From assembly GCA_030428125.1 (NCBI GenBank), contig JAUIBF010000001.1, forward strand, positions 490,383 to 554,382: a DNA stretch of 64,000 bases. The letters are read 5' to 3'. A program made the translations under genes and the position numbers. The stretch is from a bacterium (lineage in GTDB: Bacteria > Patescibacteriota > Saccharimonadia > Saccharimonadales > SZUA-47). Shown in pieces: positions 62,041 to 64,000 of the stretch (positions are counted from its first letter, which is position 1; each line of letters opens with the position of its first letter). The notes beneath the pieces were generated by a model. It ran no database searches, had not been told where the DNA came from, and saw nothing but the letters and a program-made list of their open reading frames with translations.

Positions 62041-62745
62041 TTAAGAAATTGTGGTACCGACTGTTTCGCCACTTGCAACTTTGGCGATATTTCCTGATGG
62101 TTCTAGGCAGCAAATGACAATAGACATATCTTGTTCCATAGCAAGCCCCATTGCAGCTTTATCCATGACTTTAATTTGCTCGTTTTCAACTGCTTGTTGA
62201 TGGGTGAGACTGTCGAACTTATTAGCGTCTGGGTTTTGTACTGGATCGCTGTCATAAACTCCATCAACTTTAGTGGTCTTGATTACTACATCACAATCAA
62301 TTTCTAATGCTAGGACTACTGCGGCCGTATCCGTAGTGACGTATGGTCGGCCACTTCCACCACCGACGATTACTACACGACCTCGTTCTAGATGTTTTTC
62401 TGCCAGACGGTGAATGAAAGGCTCGGCAACTTGTTCTGCAAAAATATTGGTCAAACAACGAGTAGGCAAACCTTGTTCTTCGAAAATATCTGTAACTGCT
62501 AGGGCGTTCATCATAGTTCCAAGCATACCCATTTGGTCTGCAGTAACTCTTTTAATGCCATGTCCGGCTATTTGAGCTCCACGGACGTAGTTACCACCCC
62601 CCACCATGATTACTACTTGAGTTCCTGAATCTGTCACTTGCTTAACTTCGTTAGCTAACCATTTTGCAATTTCCGGGTCCAAACCACTCTCATGTTGACC
62701 AGATAGTTGCTCCCCAGAAATCTTTAAAAGAATTCGTTTATACAT
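62041..62745 (-). CDS. pyrH: UMP kinase
   Basis: RILLKISGE, GGGN..RG, ADQMGM, TTDTAA, VDGVY and VMD motifs. Confidence 0.97.
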   Translation of the reverse strand: MYKRILLKISGEQLSGQHESGLDPEIAKWLANEVKQVTDSGTQVVIMVGGGNYVRGAQIAGHGIKRVTADQMGMLGTMMNALAVTDIFEEQGLPTRCLTNIFAEQVAEPFIHRLAEKHLERGRVVIVGGGSGRPYVTTDTAAVVLALEIDCDVVIKTTKVDGVYDSDPVQNPDANKFDSLTHQQAVENEQIKVMDKAAMGLAMEQDMSIVICCLEPSGNIAKVASGETVGTTIS

Positions 62746-62816
62746 CCCGTTAATACTCCTCCTACATTAAAAAGTCCCGAGTAAAATCTCTTGGTTTGAG
62801 CTTTAACGGGATACAT
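62740..62816 (-). promoter_or_regulatory. pyrH 5' leader stem enclosing the SD and pairing with the start codon
   Basis: ATCCCGTTAA (62744-62753) and TTAACGGGAT (62803-62812), extendable by G-U pairs. Confidence 0.65.
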
Positions 62817-62837
62817 TAAGGATATTTTAACAGAAAT

Positions 62838-63344
62838 TTAGGCAACTCTACTCATTTCTGCTTTTAGAGCAGAAAGCACCGGGTTAGAATCATTATCAAG
62901 TTGTACTAACTTTGCGCAGAATTGCATACCTATTGCCGGGATTATTGAATCACCAGCAACACGACTTACTCTCTGCGAAATCGACTCGCCAGAATTAAAT
63001 AATTTAACTAAACCACCATCTTCGTCAGAAATTATGATTTCATCAAATCCTTCAGGAACTTCTGTCTTTTGAACTGCGCCTCTGTGCGTGTAATAAAATC
63101 CCTGGAAAACATCATCTTTTGATTTGTAGCCTACACGAATTGGAGTTTCTAGATCCATTGGATCCATACCCAGAAGCTCTATACTAGCTTCCCCCGAAAC
63201 CGATCGCACCTCGTCGCTACTTTTATTCATGCCAAGCAGAACGAAACCTCCAATATGTGGGATGTTTTGCTCCCAAGTGTTTACCAACCCTTCAGTAAAG
63301 GCAAATTCTCGAACTGTTGCGAATTCGTTACGGTATAGTCCCAT
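62838..63344 (-). CDS. Hypothetical protein
   Basis: 168-aa ORF with perfect TTGACA-N17-TATAAT 6 nt upstream. Confidence 0.7.
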   Translation of the reverse strand: MGLYRNEFATVREFAFTEGLVNTWEQNIPHIGGFVLLGMNKSSDEVRSVSGEASIELLGMDPMDLETPIRVGYKSKDDVFQGFYYTHRGAVQKTEVPEGFDEIIISDEDGGLVKLFNSGESISQRVSRVAGDSIIPAIGMQFCAKLVQLDNDSNPVLSALKAEMSRVA

Positions 63345-63396
63345 CTTTTTATTATAGCACTAACGCTTACTTTTGTCAATGTGCTAGACTTTAGAT

Positions 63397-63576
63397 ATGG
63401 GAAACACAGCCATCACATTTGGAGCTAGATTGACTTATACCTTCGAGAAACGTAACGAAACGTATTTTATATACGAAGACGTGAGTATCACAGAAGTAAA
63501 AGCGAATATAGCCCAAAAAATCTTTCGGCGCGACCAGCGCAGCAGGCCGGCAGTAAGGGTTGGTGTCTGGTTGTGA
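63397..63576 (+). CDS. 59-aa hypothetical ORF coupled to xth
   Basis: GTGA overlap with the xth start; TAGACT -10-like box upstream. Confidence 0.45.
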   Translation: MGNTAITFGARLTYTFEKRNETYFIYEDVSITEVKANIAQKIFRRDQRSRPAVRVGVWL

Positions 63577-64000
63577 AGCTGTACTCTTGGAACGTGAATG
63601 GGATTCGTGCAGTCTGGAACAAGGGCGCACTGCAGGAATTTATCGAAAAACACGACCCGGATATTCTGTGTCTGCAAGAAACCAAAGCTCAACAGGACCA
63701 GTCACCAGTGGATTTAGAACAGTACGAGGAATTCTGGAATAGCGCAGAGAAAAAAGGCTATTCCGGTACTGCAATCTTTACTAAGATATCCCCTCTGAAC
63801 GTAATCCGCGGATTTTCTGATGAAATTAGTTCTAAGTATGATTTCAAAGACCAGTTTGGCGACACATCAAAAGAAGGAAGAGTACTAACACTAGAGTTCG
63901 ATGATTTTTTTGTTACTACCGTATACACACCAAACAGCAAGAACAAACTGGAACGACTTACGATGCGCGAGAAAATTTGGGGACCAGCATATCAAGACCA
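63573..64000 (+). CDS. xth: Exodeoxyribonuclease III (partial, runs off the window)
   Basis: MKLYSWNVNGIRA, PDILCLQETK, KGYSGTA, EGRV and VYTPNS motifs. Confidence 0.95.
   Translation, partial: MKLYSWNVNGIRAVWNKGALQEFIEKHDPDILCLQETKAQQDQSPVDLEQYEEFWNSAEKKGYSGTAIFTKISPLNVIRGFSDEISSKYDFKDQFGDTSKEGRVLTLEFDDFFVTTVYTPNSKNKLERLTMREKIWGPAYQD

Noticed and set aside
63391..63946. Several short minus-strand ORFs at the window end
   Set aside because: They lie opposite the + strand xth and its upstream ORF

Overview
64 kb of a compact, gene-dense bacterial chromosome using genetic code 11. It is most consistent with a Patescibacteria/CPR organism, probably Saccharimonadia (inference from orphan-rich gene content, actinobacterial-type MMPL/DrrAB/WhiB genes and leaderless-type promoters). 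Recognisable core genes are a complete F1Fo ATP synthase set (atpBEFHAGDC), queA, msrA, a UvrD-PD-(D/E)XK helicase-nuclease, smpB, pyrH, partial xth, cobO/btuR, tRNA-Gln(TTG), a CPA2 antiporter and an aquaporin. Five things stand out. (1) The atp operon is interleaved with nine unrelated small ORFs that are all tightly coupled to the atp genes. (2) A 4.2 kb cassette (HisC-like aminotransferase, PRTase-like/uridine-kinase-like fusion, NDK-like kinase, divergent NUDIX) is bracketed by a perfect 30-bp inverted repeat that is itself palindromic, and lies near a HAD gene and a four-gene restriction-modification locus. (3) A related structured ~100-bp element appears inserted in frame in queA. (4) A long stem in the pyrH leader sequesters the start codon. 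(5) There is a WhiB-like protein, and many orphan genes carry near-consensus sigma70 promoters immediately before the start codon. All calls come from motif reading by eye; no searches were run.
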